Source: Telmatocola sphagniphila
GTDB taxonomy: Bacteria; Planctomycetota; Planctomycetia; Gemmatales; Gemmataceae
DNA: 32,000 bases
Direction: 5' to 3'
Assembly (NCBI RefSeq): GCF_018398935.1
Contig: NZ_CP074694.1
Coordinates: 4,200,001-4,232,000, forward strand
Below the pieces are notes generated by a model, which was not told the origin of the DNA, made no database searches, and saw only the letters and a list, made by a program, of their open reading frames with translations. Shown in pieces: positions 24,554 through 32,000 of the stretch (the stretch's first letter is position 1; the number at the start of each line of letters is the position of its first letter). The position numbers and the translations under genes are program-made.

Positions 24554-25498
24554 CTACCAGTACTCTTCGAAATGAATATTGCCGCGGAATTTGAGCGTGG
24601 CATTATCCGCCGCGAAGCCCCGCTGTTCCAGAAGTTCGATAACTCCGGTGGTCTTGGGGAAGACTCTCTCGCCGGTCTGAGGATCCTTTTCGGGAACGCC
24701 AATCATCTTGGGATTTCCGCACAGGAACACGTGGGTGCTGGCCGGGTTGAGTTTCTCACCCAGATGAGCTTCCATCTGCCCACCGGTGATGAGATCCTGA
24801 ATGTAGATTTTATGGGCGAGATTATCAGTCTCGCGAGTAGTTAAGGGAAGATACATGTAGTTGGGGAAGCGGGCCATCAGCTTCTGATGCGTTTCGTAAT
24901 AGCCCAGATCCTTGCGAAGACGGACGCAGCAGGCGGAAAGAATTTTCCCCTGATGACCATTCTTGAGCAGTTGCCAGATCATATAGTTGTGAGGCGCTTC
25001 CCCGGTTCCGGTCGACAGAAGAATGACCGTATCCTCGGATTTCACACCTTCGAGGGTATAATGGCCGGTCACTTTCTCGCCGATGTTGAGGCGATCCCCC
25101 TCAGTGAGCATGAACAGACGTGGTGTCAGGACCGGGGCCTTCGTCGGTTCGCTGCCTTCGCGAACCAGAACGATATAAAATTCGAGAAATGGCTGGATCT
25201 CGACATCGAGTAGATTCTGTTTTTCGTCGAGAATGGAACAACTCAGCGAATAAGCCCGACGCATCAGCCGACTTTCGTCTTCCGGCTTCAGATTTTCCAT
25301 CTGAGTCCCGGGAAAACGGGGCTCCCAGTTTCCCAGACCGAGCGAACAATACTGCCCGGGAAGAGCCACCGGCTTCGGGAAGTCCGGCTTCACCCGCAGA
25401 ATCATCAGGTCGCTGTGAGTTTTTTTGACGCTGAAGACGGTACCGTTATACCGTCTCTGGCGTAATTCATCGATTTGAGCGGGTAGTAATCCCGTCAT
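24554..25498 (-). CDS. ferredoxin/flavodoxin-NADP+ reductase (bacterial Fpr type)
   Basis: 314 aa. FAD motif RAYSLS. NADP motif VILLSTGTGEAP. FLCGNPKMIG. The C-terminal aromatic ...HFEEYW is as in Fpr-type enzymes. Confidence 0.85.
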   Translation of the reverse strand: MTGLLPAQIDELRQRRYNGTVFSVKKTHSDLMILRVKPDFPKPVALPGQYCSLGLGNWEPRFPGTQMENLKPEDESRLMRRAYSLSCSILDEKQNLLDVEIQPFLEFYIVLVREGSEPTKAPVLTPRLFMLTEGDRLNIGEKVTGHYTLEGVKSEDTVILLSTGTGEAPHNYMIWQLLKNGHQGKILSACCVRLRKDLGYYETHQKLMARFPNYMYLPLTTRETDNLAHKIYIQDLITGGQMEAHLGEKLNPASTHVFLCGNPKMIGVPEKDPQTGERVFPKTTGVIELLEQRGFAADNATLKFRGNIHFEEYW

Positions 25499-25526
25499 GG
25501 ACTCATCCTAACTCGTCGGATCAACC

Positions 25527-26402
25527 TTACACCTTCGCAATGCTCTCGCGAAGGTATTTCACGCAGGCGGCCACGTCCTGGGTCGGCTCGTCATCATGAT
25601 ATTCGTATTCGATGCTCATGAAGCCACCAAATTTCACTTCCTTCAAAGCTTTTAGAACTTCGGGAACGTTCAGCACCCCCTTGGGATCGCCGAAGACGAC
25701 ATTGTGATCGGCTTTATTGTCGTTATCCTTGAGGTGGAAGCCGTAGTTCCGCTTGCCCATAATTTTAATCTGCTGCACTACGTCGAGCGGTTCGCCTATC
25801 AGCGCCATGCGAATCAGGTGACCGGTATCCAGACAGGTTCCAATCAGTTCATTGTGATCTTTCACCGCGGCCATAATCTGCTCGGCTGTCGTCCACAGTG
25901 CTTTCTCTTTTTTGGCCAGATTGGTCGGTCCGTGGGGATGGATGGCAATGGCGATCTTGTATTCTTCGCATAGCTTATCGAGCGAATCGAAACTGTCGCG
26001 GGAGGGATTGGCCGTGAGGTATTTCAGATCGATGCTTTTGGCGAAGTCGAAGAGCTTCTTGTTGGCTTCGTGATTTTTGGTGAAATTTTCCACGCCGAAA
26101 GAAATCGGAGTTACGCCGTGGTCTTTGCAGAGCTTCATCACCGCTTTGATCTTTTCCGGGCTGCTGTTGACCGGAAAGTGGCCGCTGTAAAATTCGACGT
26201 GAGGAATCTTGAGCGCCGAAATTTTCTCGATGGTTTTTTCGAGGCTGAACTTGCGGAAGGTGTAGGACTGAATGGAAAGGTGAAAACCGCCATCCTTTGC
26301 ATCGTCTGCAAAGGCATTGCGTCCGAGAGCCAAACCGGCCAACCCAGCCACACCCATCTTCAGACAATCCCGACGGTGGAGAGAAACCGTATCGCGCAGC
26401 AT
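25527..26402 (-). CDS. Tat-exported sugar-phosphate isomerase/epimerase (xylose-isomerase-like TIM barrel)
   Basis: Track ORF runs to 26435, but the ATG at 26402 has GAGGAAA 6 nt upstream. It gives a Tat-type leader MLRDTVSLHRRDCLKMGVAGLAGLALGRNAFA. TIM-barrel pattern ...IAIHPH...CLDTGH...GFHLKDN...MSIEYE. Confidence 0.85.
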   Translation of the reverse strand: MLRDTVSLHRRDCLKMGVAGLAGLALGRNAFADDAKDGGFHLSIQSYTFRKFSLEKTIEKISALKIPHVEFYSGHFPVNSSPEKIKAVMKLCKDHGVTPISFGVENFTKNHEANKKLFDFAKSIDLKYLTANPSRDSFDSLDKLCEEYKIAIAIHPHGPTNLAKKEKALWTTAEQIMAAVKDHNELIGTCLDTGHLIRMALIGEPLDVVQQIKIMGKRNYGFHLKDNDNKADHNVVFGDPKGVLNVPEVLKALKEVKFGGFMSIEYEYHDDEPTQDVAACVKYLRESIAKV

Positions 26403-26500
26403 GTGATTTTTCCTCAATTCGGGCGACAATTTCATTGTGCTTCGAACCGGAATTTCGGCCAGATGGGATTTAGGGGAAAGAGCGTTTAATCGGCGAATCT

Positions 26501-26525
26501 GAAAATCGAGTCGGGCAAGAACTCG
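26501..26525 (-). terminator. weak terminator candidate after the anti-sigma gene
   Basis: On the minus strand, CGAGU-ucuugcccg-ACUCG (5-bp stem, plus-strand 26507-26525) is followed by AUUUUC. It starts 5 nt after the stop at 26531. Confidence 0.3.
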
Positions 26526-26530
26526 TCATT

Positions 26531-27754
26531 TCAGGAAGGAAGGGGTCGCAGAATCACGATCAGCGGCTTAACATCCGGTTTGTTATCACCGCGCTGATCC
26601 AGAAACTGCCGACTCTCTTTACTTGGAAGCAGATTGGTTTTTTCAGACAATGGAACTACCAGGAACTGGTGGGCAATTTTGGCGTTACCGCGAATCCCCT
26701 GGGTTAACCGGCTGCCAGTATTCAATTCCAAGGGTTGCTTAGGATCGATTGGCGTAGAGACCTTACGATTAAGTTTCAGCTGCGCCGTCGGGACACCGAT
26801 GGACCGGCTCAAACGTTCCAGATCCGATACCTGATGGGGGAAGAACACGAAGCTTCCGAAGAAGGTGTCCTCTTTGGTCTTGGAAGCTCGCAGAACATCG
26901 TCTTTACCCAACTGCTGCAATAGATTTGCGATCTCCGACTGGTTCAAACTCTCGGTGAAGAAGACCAATTCCAGAAGCTGCTTGCGTTTGAAAGCTTCAG
27001 CAATTCGTGAATCGACATGGCCAACTAAATTGCGAGCTTTAAGAGCCGTTTGAAGCGTTTCGGAAGCCTTGGCTATATCTCGGGTGAAGATATCCACTCG
27101 AACAATCTCTTCTCGGCTGAGTTCCGTAACCAACTTTTTGAACGGGTAATCCTGCTCGAGATCTTTGAGCGGAAAGAGGAGCGGCAAGCGTCCGGAGGGG
27201 GCGATATTGAACTGCACTTCGGAGCGGAACGGATTGGCCAGAATTTCATCGACTTCCCGGGGTGCGGGCAGGATTTCAGCCGTGGGTAGCGCTTCACGAT
27301 TGGTTTCGGCACGCGGAATTTGAACGAGTTGGGGGCTCGACACAGTTTCGGGCGTTATCTCTGGTACCGTTGGTATTTGAACTACTCGAAGCTCCGGCTT
27401 GGATTGCTTTGCTAAATCGCCCGGGCTACCTTTGTTGGAGTAGAAAATTCCCACTCCGGCGAACAATAGTAAAGATGCGGCAATTGCAACGATTGTGCGA
27501 ATTCTGCGGGCTGTACGGCCTACATTCGCCGGTTTGACAGAATTCAGCTTTTGAATCACCCGATTTTGGACAGAAATCGGCCGGGTTTCTTCCGTAGCGC
27601 GGCGAATAGCACCGCGCATAGTCAGGAATGCCGCGTGCAATTGGCCCGCTTCGGGGTTTTCCGCAATCAATCGAAGCGCCGAAGCCTTCTCGGCGGGGTT
27701 CAATTCCCCATCGATGTAAGCGGAAATCAGTTCTCGGTCTTTGGCTTTCAACAT
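26531..27754 (-). CDS. single-pass anti-sigma factor with large uncharacterised extracytoplasmic domain
   Basis: 407 aa, starting 7 nt after the ECF sigma stop. N-terminus DRELISAYIDGELNPAEK is the anti-sigma N-domain pattern but has no Cys or His-x3-Cys-x2-Cys. TM segment IVAIAASLLLFAGVGIFY. About 290 aa of C-terminal domain with no recognised family. Confidence 0.7.
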   Translation of the reverse strand: MLKAKDRELISAYIDGELNPAEKASALRLIAENPEAGQLHAAFLTMRGAIRRATEETRPISVQNRVIQKLNSVKPANVGRTARRIRTIVAIAASLLLFAGVGIFYSNKGSPGDLAKQSKPELRVVQIPTVPEITPETVSSPQLVQIPRAETNREALPTAEILPAPREVDEILANPFRSEVQFNIAPSGRLPLLFPLKDLEQDYPFKKLVTELSREEIVRVDIFTRDIAKASETLQTALKARNLVGHVDSRIAEAFKRKQLLELVFFTESLNQSEIANLLQQLGKDDVLRASKTKEDTFFGSFVFFPHQVSDLERLSRSIGVPTAQLKLNRKVSTPIDPKQPLELNTGSRLTQGIRGNAKIAHQFLVVPLSEKTNLLPSKESRQFLDQRGDNKPDVKPLIVILRPLPS

Positions 27755-27761
27755 TTTTGGG

Positions 27762-28334
27762 TCAGGGTTCGATTTCCAATCGCTCCAGGATTGTCTTCAA
27801 TTCTTCGCGGGCCCGGTGCAGCCGACTGCGAACCGTTCCGACAGGTATTTCCAATATCGAAGCAATTTCTTCGTAAGGAGTGTCTTCCACGTCCTTGAGC
27901 ACAATAATCAATCGATGTTCGGTCGACAACATCGACAAAGCCCGCTGCACTTCAGCGGCTTTTTCCCGACGATCCAGCGGACGCGTGGGATCGGTCGAGC
28001 TAATTTCGCCGGCAATTTCAAGGCCGTTTTGATCTTCGCCCCGAATCGCTTCCACAGAAATCAAGGGCTTTTTGGATCTTAGAAAACTTACGGCCGCGTT
28101 AAAAGCTATTCGATAGAGCCACGTATAGAATTGCGATTCACCCCGGTATTTCGCCAAGGACTGAAAAGCACTAATAAAGGCTTCCTGACAGACATCCGCC
28201 GTATCTTCGGGGGAATGCAAAATCTGCCGGACGGACCGGTAAAGCCGGTCCTGATGGCGTTCGATCAGTTGGCCGTAAGCGGAGGTGTCGCCCCCTTTTG
28301 CCCGGCTCAAAAGCTCTGCATCGTCAGCAGCCAC
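27762..28334 (-). CDS. ECF (group 4) sigma-70 family RNA polymerase sigma factor
   Basis: 190 aa, GTG start. Region 2: DVCQEAFISAF...FYTWLYRIAFNAAVSFLR. Region 4: YEEIASILEIPVGTVRSRLHRAREEL. Confidence 0.92.
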   Translation of the reverse strand: MAADDAELLSRAKGGDTSAYGQLIERHQDRLYRSVRQILHSPEDTADVCQEAFISAFQSLAKYRGESQFYTWLYRIAFNAAVSFLRSKKPLISVEAIRGEDQNGLEIAGEISSTDPTRPLDRREKAAEVQRALSMLSTEHRLIIVLKDVEDTPYEEIASILEIPVGTVRSRLHRAREELKTILERLEIEP

Positions 28335-28353
28335 GGGTTACTCTGTAGGGAGA

Positions 28354-28379
28354 GACGGTTAAAGTATAAGGAAAGTTCC
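28354..28379 (-). promoter_or_regulatory. ECF-type promoter candidate GGAAC-N17-CGTC upstream of the sigma gene
   Basis: The minus strand reads GGGAAC tttccttatactttaac CGTCTC. The -35 is at plus-strand 28375-28379 and the -10 at 28354-28357. The -10 ends 19 nt before the GTG at 28334. Confidence 0.4.
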
Positions 28380-28415
28380 CGGAAAACATCATCGCTCGCC
28401 AAATCCCGGCGAAAC

Positions 28416-28434
28416 ACCTATAAATAGGTATACT
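28416..28434 (+). promoter_or_regulatory. palindrome ACCTAT-aa-ATAGGT overlapping a TATACT -10-like hexamer upstream of uvrA
   Basis: ACCTAT 28416-28421, ATAGGT 28424-28429, TATACT 28429-28434. It ends 31 nt upstream of the uvrA ATG. There is no convincing -35. Confidence 0.25.
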
Positions 28435-28465
28435 AGATCAGTCAGCACACCACTTGAGCGGGTAC

Positions 28466-31400
28466 ATGGAAAGTCAGCAGATCGTCATTCGCGGTGCTCG
28501 CGAACACAATCTCAAGAATGTAGAACTTCAACTCCCCCGCAACAAGCTTATCGTTTTCACCGGTGTATCCGGGTCGGGGAAAAGCTCACTCGCTTTCGAT
28601 ACCCTGTATGCCGAGGGCCAGAGACGCTACGTCGAAAGCCTCTCCAGCTATGCCCGGCAATTCCTGGGTCAACTCCCCAAGCCCGACGTCGATTTTATCG
28701 GCGGTTTGTCGCCCACCATCTGCATCCAACAGAAATCGGCGGCCCAAAATCCCCGTTCCACGGTCGGCACAGTCACTGAAATCTCCGATTTCCTACGCGT
28801 TCTTTATGCTCGCATCGGGCTGGGCCATTGTTCTGAGTGCGGCCGACCGATCACAGCGCAATCCCGCGATCAGATGATCGAGCGGATTCTGGCCCTCCCC
28901 CCCGATTCGAAATTCCTAGTCCTGGCACCGATGGTCCGCGGCCAGAAAGGGGAATTTAAGGATTTCTTCGCCGAGCAATTGAAAAAGGGGTTTGTCCGCG
29001 CCCGTGTTGATGGCCGAATTGTCCGCATGAGCGACGATTTGAAGCTCGATCGAAAAATCAAACACTTCATCGAAGTGGTGATCGATCGGCTCGTCGCTAA
29101 CGGGAAGAATCGTACTCGCATTGCCGAGGCCGTCGAGCAAGCCTTGAAGCTGGGCGGCAGCAACTGCATCATTTCGGTTGAAAAGGAAAAACTCAAAAAG
29201 CCGGCCGAAGCTACAGAAAGCGACGGGAACGAATACGAAGATATCCTGCTTTCCTCCGACTATGCCTGCACCCATTGCGGTATCAGTTACGAACCCCCCA
29301 GCCCGCAGTTGTTCAGTTTCAATTCACCCCAGGGAATGTGCTTGGAGTGCGATGGCCTGGGAACCCGTTTCGCCTTCGATCCCACTCTGCTGGTTCCCGA
29401 CGAAGAGAAATCCTTTGAGCAAGGATGTTTCCCGATCGTTGGTCCTTTAAAGGGAATGGGCCGCTGGCGCAAACACATTTTCGAAGGGGTCGGAAAGACG
29501 CTCGGGATCAATCTGAAGACTCCCTGGAAAAAGCTCCCCGCGGAGCAACAAAAACTCCTCCTTTACGGCTCCGGCAAACAGCACATTACCTTCGAATGGA
29601 AGATGCGCGGCGGTAACATCTGGCGGCACGGCGGAGAATGGGAAGGGGTCATTCCTCAACTCATGACGAGCTTCAAGAAGACGGCCGCCGGGCCACGCCG
29701 TCACCAGCTCGAAAAGTACATGCGGGTGCAGAAATGCGCCGCTTGTGGTGGACACCGACTCAATCCCCAGGCTCGTGGCGTGCGCGTCGCCAATAAATCC
29801 CTGGTCGAGGTCGGTTCCACGCCCATTGGTGAGCTGAGCGAATGGTTTGAGATTCTTCCCAAAAAACTCGATGCGATTCAAAAGATTATTGCCGTCGATT
29901 TGTTGAAGGAAATTCGAAGCCGATTGACCTTTCTCCTCAATGTGGGGCTCGATTATCTGAATCTGGATCGCACGGCTCCCTCTCTGTCCGGCGGCGAAGC
30001 TCAACGCATTCGGCTGGCCGGGCAGATCGGTTCCGGCCTCGTGGGCGTGTTGTACATTCTCGACGAACCGAGCATCGGACTGCACCCGCGCGATAACGAA
30101 CGACTGCTCGCCAGTCTCGAGCGGCTGCGCGACATGGGTAACACCGTCCTGGTTGTGGAACATGACGAAGACACGATGCGGCGCTGCGATTTTCTGGTCG
30201 ATTTCGGGCCGGGACCGGGAGTGCGCGGCGGACAAATCGTGGCCGCGGCCTCGCCCGCCGAGGTGATGGCCTCCGGAGTCTCCCAAACTGGCCAATATCT
30301 TTCTGGAAAAATTCAGATTGAGATCCCCAAGGAACGAAAGGCTCCGGGGGCCCGGAAGATTTCCATTCGCGGCGCCCGACACAACAACCTTAAAGATGTC
30401 TCAGTCGATATTCCGCTGGGACTATTCGTAGTCGTTACGGGAGTCTCCGGTTCTGGCAAAAGCTCCCTCGTGAACGAAGTTCTGCTGGAAGGTTTGCGAT
30501 CGCTGGGACGGGAAGCCAAACAGGAAAAGTCGGAGGAAGAGGAAGAGCACCTGATCGAAGATCAGGTCATCGGTACGCGCTGCGATAAACTTTTAGGCGC
30601 CGATGAAATCGACAAAGTGATCGACATCGATCAGAAGCCGATCGGGCGGACGCCTCGCTCGAATCCGGCGACATACATCAAGCTTTTTGATGAAATTCGC
30701 AGTCTTTTTGCTCAAATGAGCGAATCTAAACTGCGCGGCTACCAGCCGGGACGCTTCAGCTTCAATCGTCCCGGCGGCCGTTGTGAGAGCTGCGAAGGGA
30801 ATGGCTCGAATAAGCTCGAAATGGACTTCCTGGCCGATGTCTGGGTCACCTGCCCGGTGTGCGAAGGCAAGCGCTTCAATCGGGAAACTCTTCAAGTTCG
30901 CTATCGCGGCAAGAATATTTTCGAAGTACTGGATATGGACGTGCAGGAGGCTCTGCAGCACTTCGAAAACGTTCCCAAGGTCCGCGCCATGCTGCAGACA
31001 CTGCATGATGTCGGGCTCGATTACATCAAATTGGGGCAGGCTTCCCCCACCTTATCTGGCGGCGAGGCTCAGCGCATAAAATTGGCACGCGAACTCTGCC
31101 GACGAAGCACCGGCAAAACGCTCTACATTCTCGATGAACCGACCACCGGCCTGCATTTTGAAGACATCCGCAAGCTTCTGGAAGTGCTGCATGGCTTCAC
31201 AGCGGCGGGCAATACCGTTCTGGTGATTGAGCATAATCTGGACGTTATCAAAACGGCGGACTGGATTATCGATCTGGGACCAGAGGGGGGTAAACGGGGC
31301 GGCGAGATCGTCGTGACTGGCACACCGGAAACTGTGGTCGCCTGCAAAAAATCGCACACCGGACAGTCACTCGCTCCATTCTTCCAGAAGAAGAAACTCA

Positions 31401-32000
31401 ACGGAAGGCCGACGAAGCCCACCGCGGAAAAGACTCGCGCGGTAAACGAGCGCATCACTCATATTTGCGTCACCGGAGCTCGCCAGAACAACTTGAAGGA
31501 TCTAACCGTCCGGATACCGCGAGAAGAAATGTCGGTCTGTTGCGGACCCAGCGGTTCCGGGAAAAGCACTCTGGCCATCGACACGATCTATGCCGAAGGC
31601 CAACGGCGGTATGTGGAAAGCCTTTCCAGTTACGCCCGCCAGTTCCTGGGACAGGTTCAAAAACCCCGGGTAGAATCGGTCAGCGGGCTTTCACCAGCTA
31701 TCAGCATCGAGCAGAAAACCACCAGCCGCAGTCCCCGTTCCACAGTGGGAACGATCACGGAAATCTACGATTATCTCCGCGTTCTGTACGCCCGGCTCGG
31801 CCAACCCTACTGCCCCAATTGTCAACTGCCGATCGGCACTCAATCGGCCGATGAGATCATTGCCAAAGTTATGGCACTTCCTGAAGGCAGTAAGCTGTAT
31901 ATCCTCGCGCCGCTCGAGCCGCGCGGCCAGGAAACCTACCAGATTCTCTTCGATGAAATACGATCCGGAGGTTACGCCCGCGTTCGCGTTAACGGTAAAA
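28466..32000 (+). CDS. uvrA: excinuclease ABC subunit A, tandem UvrA-UvrA fusion (3'-truncated by window end)
   Basis: Not in the supplied track. I translated frame 2 manually from ATG 28466 to 32000 and found no stop. Module 1 (28466-31453) contains [56 protein letters not shown], Zn modules CSEC/CTHC, CLEC/CAAC and CESC/CPVC, two LSGGE motifs, a second Walker [13 protein letters not shown], and [10 protein letters not shown]...[10 protein letters not shown]...DLGPEGG. Module 2 starts at 31454 with [17 protein letters not shown]...[37 protein letters not shown]...CPNC.... Confidence 0.9.
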   Translation, partial: MESQQIVIRGAREHNLKNVELQLPRNKLIVFTGVSGSGKSSLAFDTLYAEGQRRYVESLSSYARQFLGQLPKPDVDFIGGLSPTICIQQKSAAQNPRSTVGTVTEISDFLRVLYARIGLGHCSECGRPITAQSRDQMIERILALPPDSKFLVLAPMVRGQKGEFKDFFAEQLKKGFVRARVDGRIVRMSDDLKLDRKIKHFIEVVIDRLVANGKNRTRIAEAVEQALKLGGSNCIISVEKEKLKKPAEATESDGNEYEDILLSSDYACTHCGISYEPPSPQLFSFNSPQGMCLECDGLGTRFAFDPTLLVPDEEKSFEQGCFPIVGPLKGMGRWRKHIFEGVGKTLGINLKTPWKKLPAEQQKLLLYGSGKQHITFEWKMRGGNIWRHGGEWEGVIPQLMTSFKKTAAGPRRHQLEKYMRVQKCAACGGHRLNPQARGVRVANKSLVEVGSTPIGELSEWFEILPKKLDAIQKIIAVDLLKEIRSRLTFLLNVGLDYLNLDRTAPSLSGGEAQRIRLAGQIGSGLVGVLYILDEPSIGLHPRDNERLLASLERLRDMGNTVLVVEHDEDTMRRCDFLVDFGPGPGVRGGQIVAAASPAEVMASGVSQTGQYLSGKIQIEIPKERKAPGARKISIRGARHNNLKDVSVDIPLGLFVVVTGVSGSGKSSLVNEVLLEGLRSLGREAKQEKSEEEEEHLIEDQVIGTRCDKLLGADEIDKVIDIDQKPIGRTPRSNPATYIKLFDEIRSLFAQMSESKLRGYQPGRFSFNRPGGRCESCEGNGSNKLEMDFLADVWVTCPVCEGKRFNRETLQVRYRGKNIFEVLDMDVQEALQHFENVPKVRAMLQTLHDVGLDYIKLGQASPTLSGGEAQRIKLARELCRRSTGKTLYILDEPTTGLHFEDIRKLLEVLHGFTAAGNTVLVIEHNLDVIKTADWIIDLGPEGGKRGGEIVVTGTPETVVACKKSHTGQSLAPFFQKKKLNGRPTKPTAEKTRAVNERITHICVTGARQNNLKDLTVRIPREEMSVCCGPSGSGKSTLAIDTIYAEGQRRYVESLSSYARQFLGQVQKPRVESVSGLSPAISIEQKTTSRSPRSTVGTITEIYDYLRVLYARLGQPYCPNCQLPIGTQSADEIIAKVMALPEGSKLYILAPLEPRGQETYQILFDEIRSGGYARVRVNGK

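Noticed and set aside
28335-28465. Search for a classical LexA/SOS box upstream of uvrA
   Set aside because: No CTGT-N8-ACAG, GAAC-N4-GTTC or GTTC-N7-GTTC pattern is present. Only the unrelated ACCTAT/ATAGGT palindrome was found, and it is reported separately as speculative.
29447-30382. 311-aa minus-strand ORF, the longest track entry in this region, plus neighbouring minus ORFs 28870-29275, 30313-31458
   Set aside because: They lie antisense to an unbroken plus-strand frame that encodes textbook UvrA motifs. Their translations are Gly/Arg/Pro-rich and motif-free, typical shadow ORFs of a GC3-rich gene.
31350-31660. Explaining the second UvrA N-terminus as an assembly artefact or recent repeat
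   Set aside because: The two modules are conserved at protein level but heavily diverged at synonymous sites (13 of 22 codons differ in an identical 22-aa block). The junction reads through cleanly in frame. Read-level verification is still advisable.
1-32000. Scan for CRISPR repeats, tRNA/rRNA genes, IS elements, integrases, toxin-antitoxin pairs or defence-island gene content
   Set aside because: No regularly spaced direct repeats, no cloverleaf-like or rRNA-like segments in the intergenic gaps (all 250 nt or shorter), and no transposase-, integrase- or defence-type motifs appear in any ORF. The window looks like core genome.

Overview
This window looks like a core-chromosome stretch from a Planctomycetota-type genome. 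This is an inference from a prepilin-leader/DUF1559 protein with a companion exported protein, many Sec/Tat/lipoprotein-exported enzymes, frequent weak or absent SD sequences, and roughly 50-55% GC by eye. I support about 28 protein genes. On the minus strand: pdxH, a secreted cysteine hydrolase, serA, a class-V aminotransferase, a HEAT-repeat protein, rnc, panB, accA, a Ser/Thr kinase, a ferredoxin-NADP reductase, a Tat-exported TIM-barrel enzyme and an ECF sigma/anti-sigma pair. On the plus strand: sucC, a lipoprotein, sucD, DUF1559 plus partner, a HAD hydrolase, a DCC oxidoreductase, a YhaM-like exoribonuclease, RNase R, an MFS transporter, an HpcH aldolase and uvrA. I found no rRNA, tRNA, CRISPR array, transposase, integrase or recognisable defence island. 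The most striking item is missing from the supplied ORF track because it runs off the window: one open frame from 28466 to 32000. It encodes a complete ~996-aa UvrA module fused in frame, through a short basic linker, to a second UvrA N-terminus. Secondary oddities are listed here. (1) sucC and sucD are split by a duplicated-domain lipoprotein gene. (2) A 21-bp-arm palindrome lies in an AT-rich promoter region upstream of the DUF1559 gene. (3) A minimal, motif-degenerate Ser/Thr kinase sits 12 nt upstream of accA. (4) Three RNases lie within 6 kb. (5) An ECF-type autoregulatory promoter candidate precedes the sigma gene. (6) Four of six convergent gene junctions have gaps of 6 nt or less, or overlap, leaving no room for terminators. 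Apart from the UvrA fusion I cannot point to a clearly novel multi-gene system. All family calls are motif recognition by eye, not database searches.
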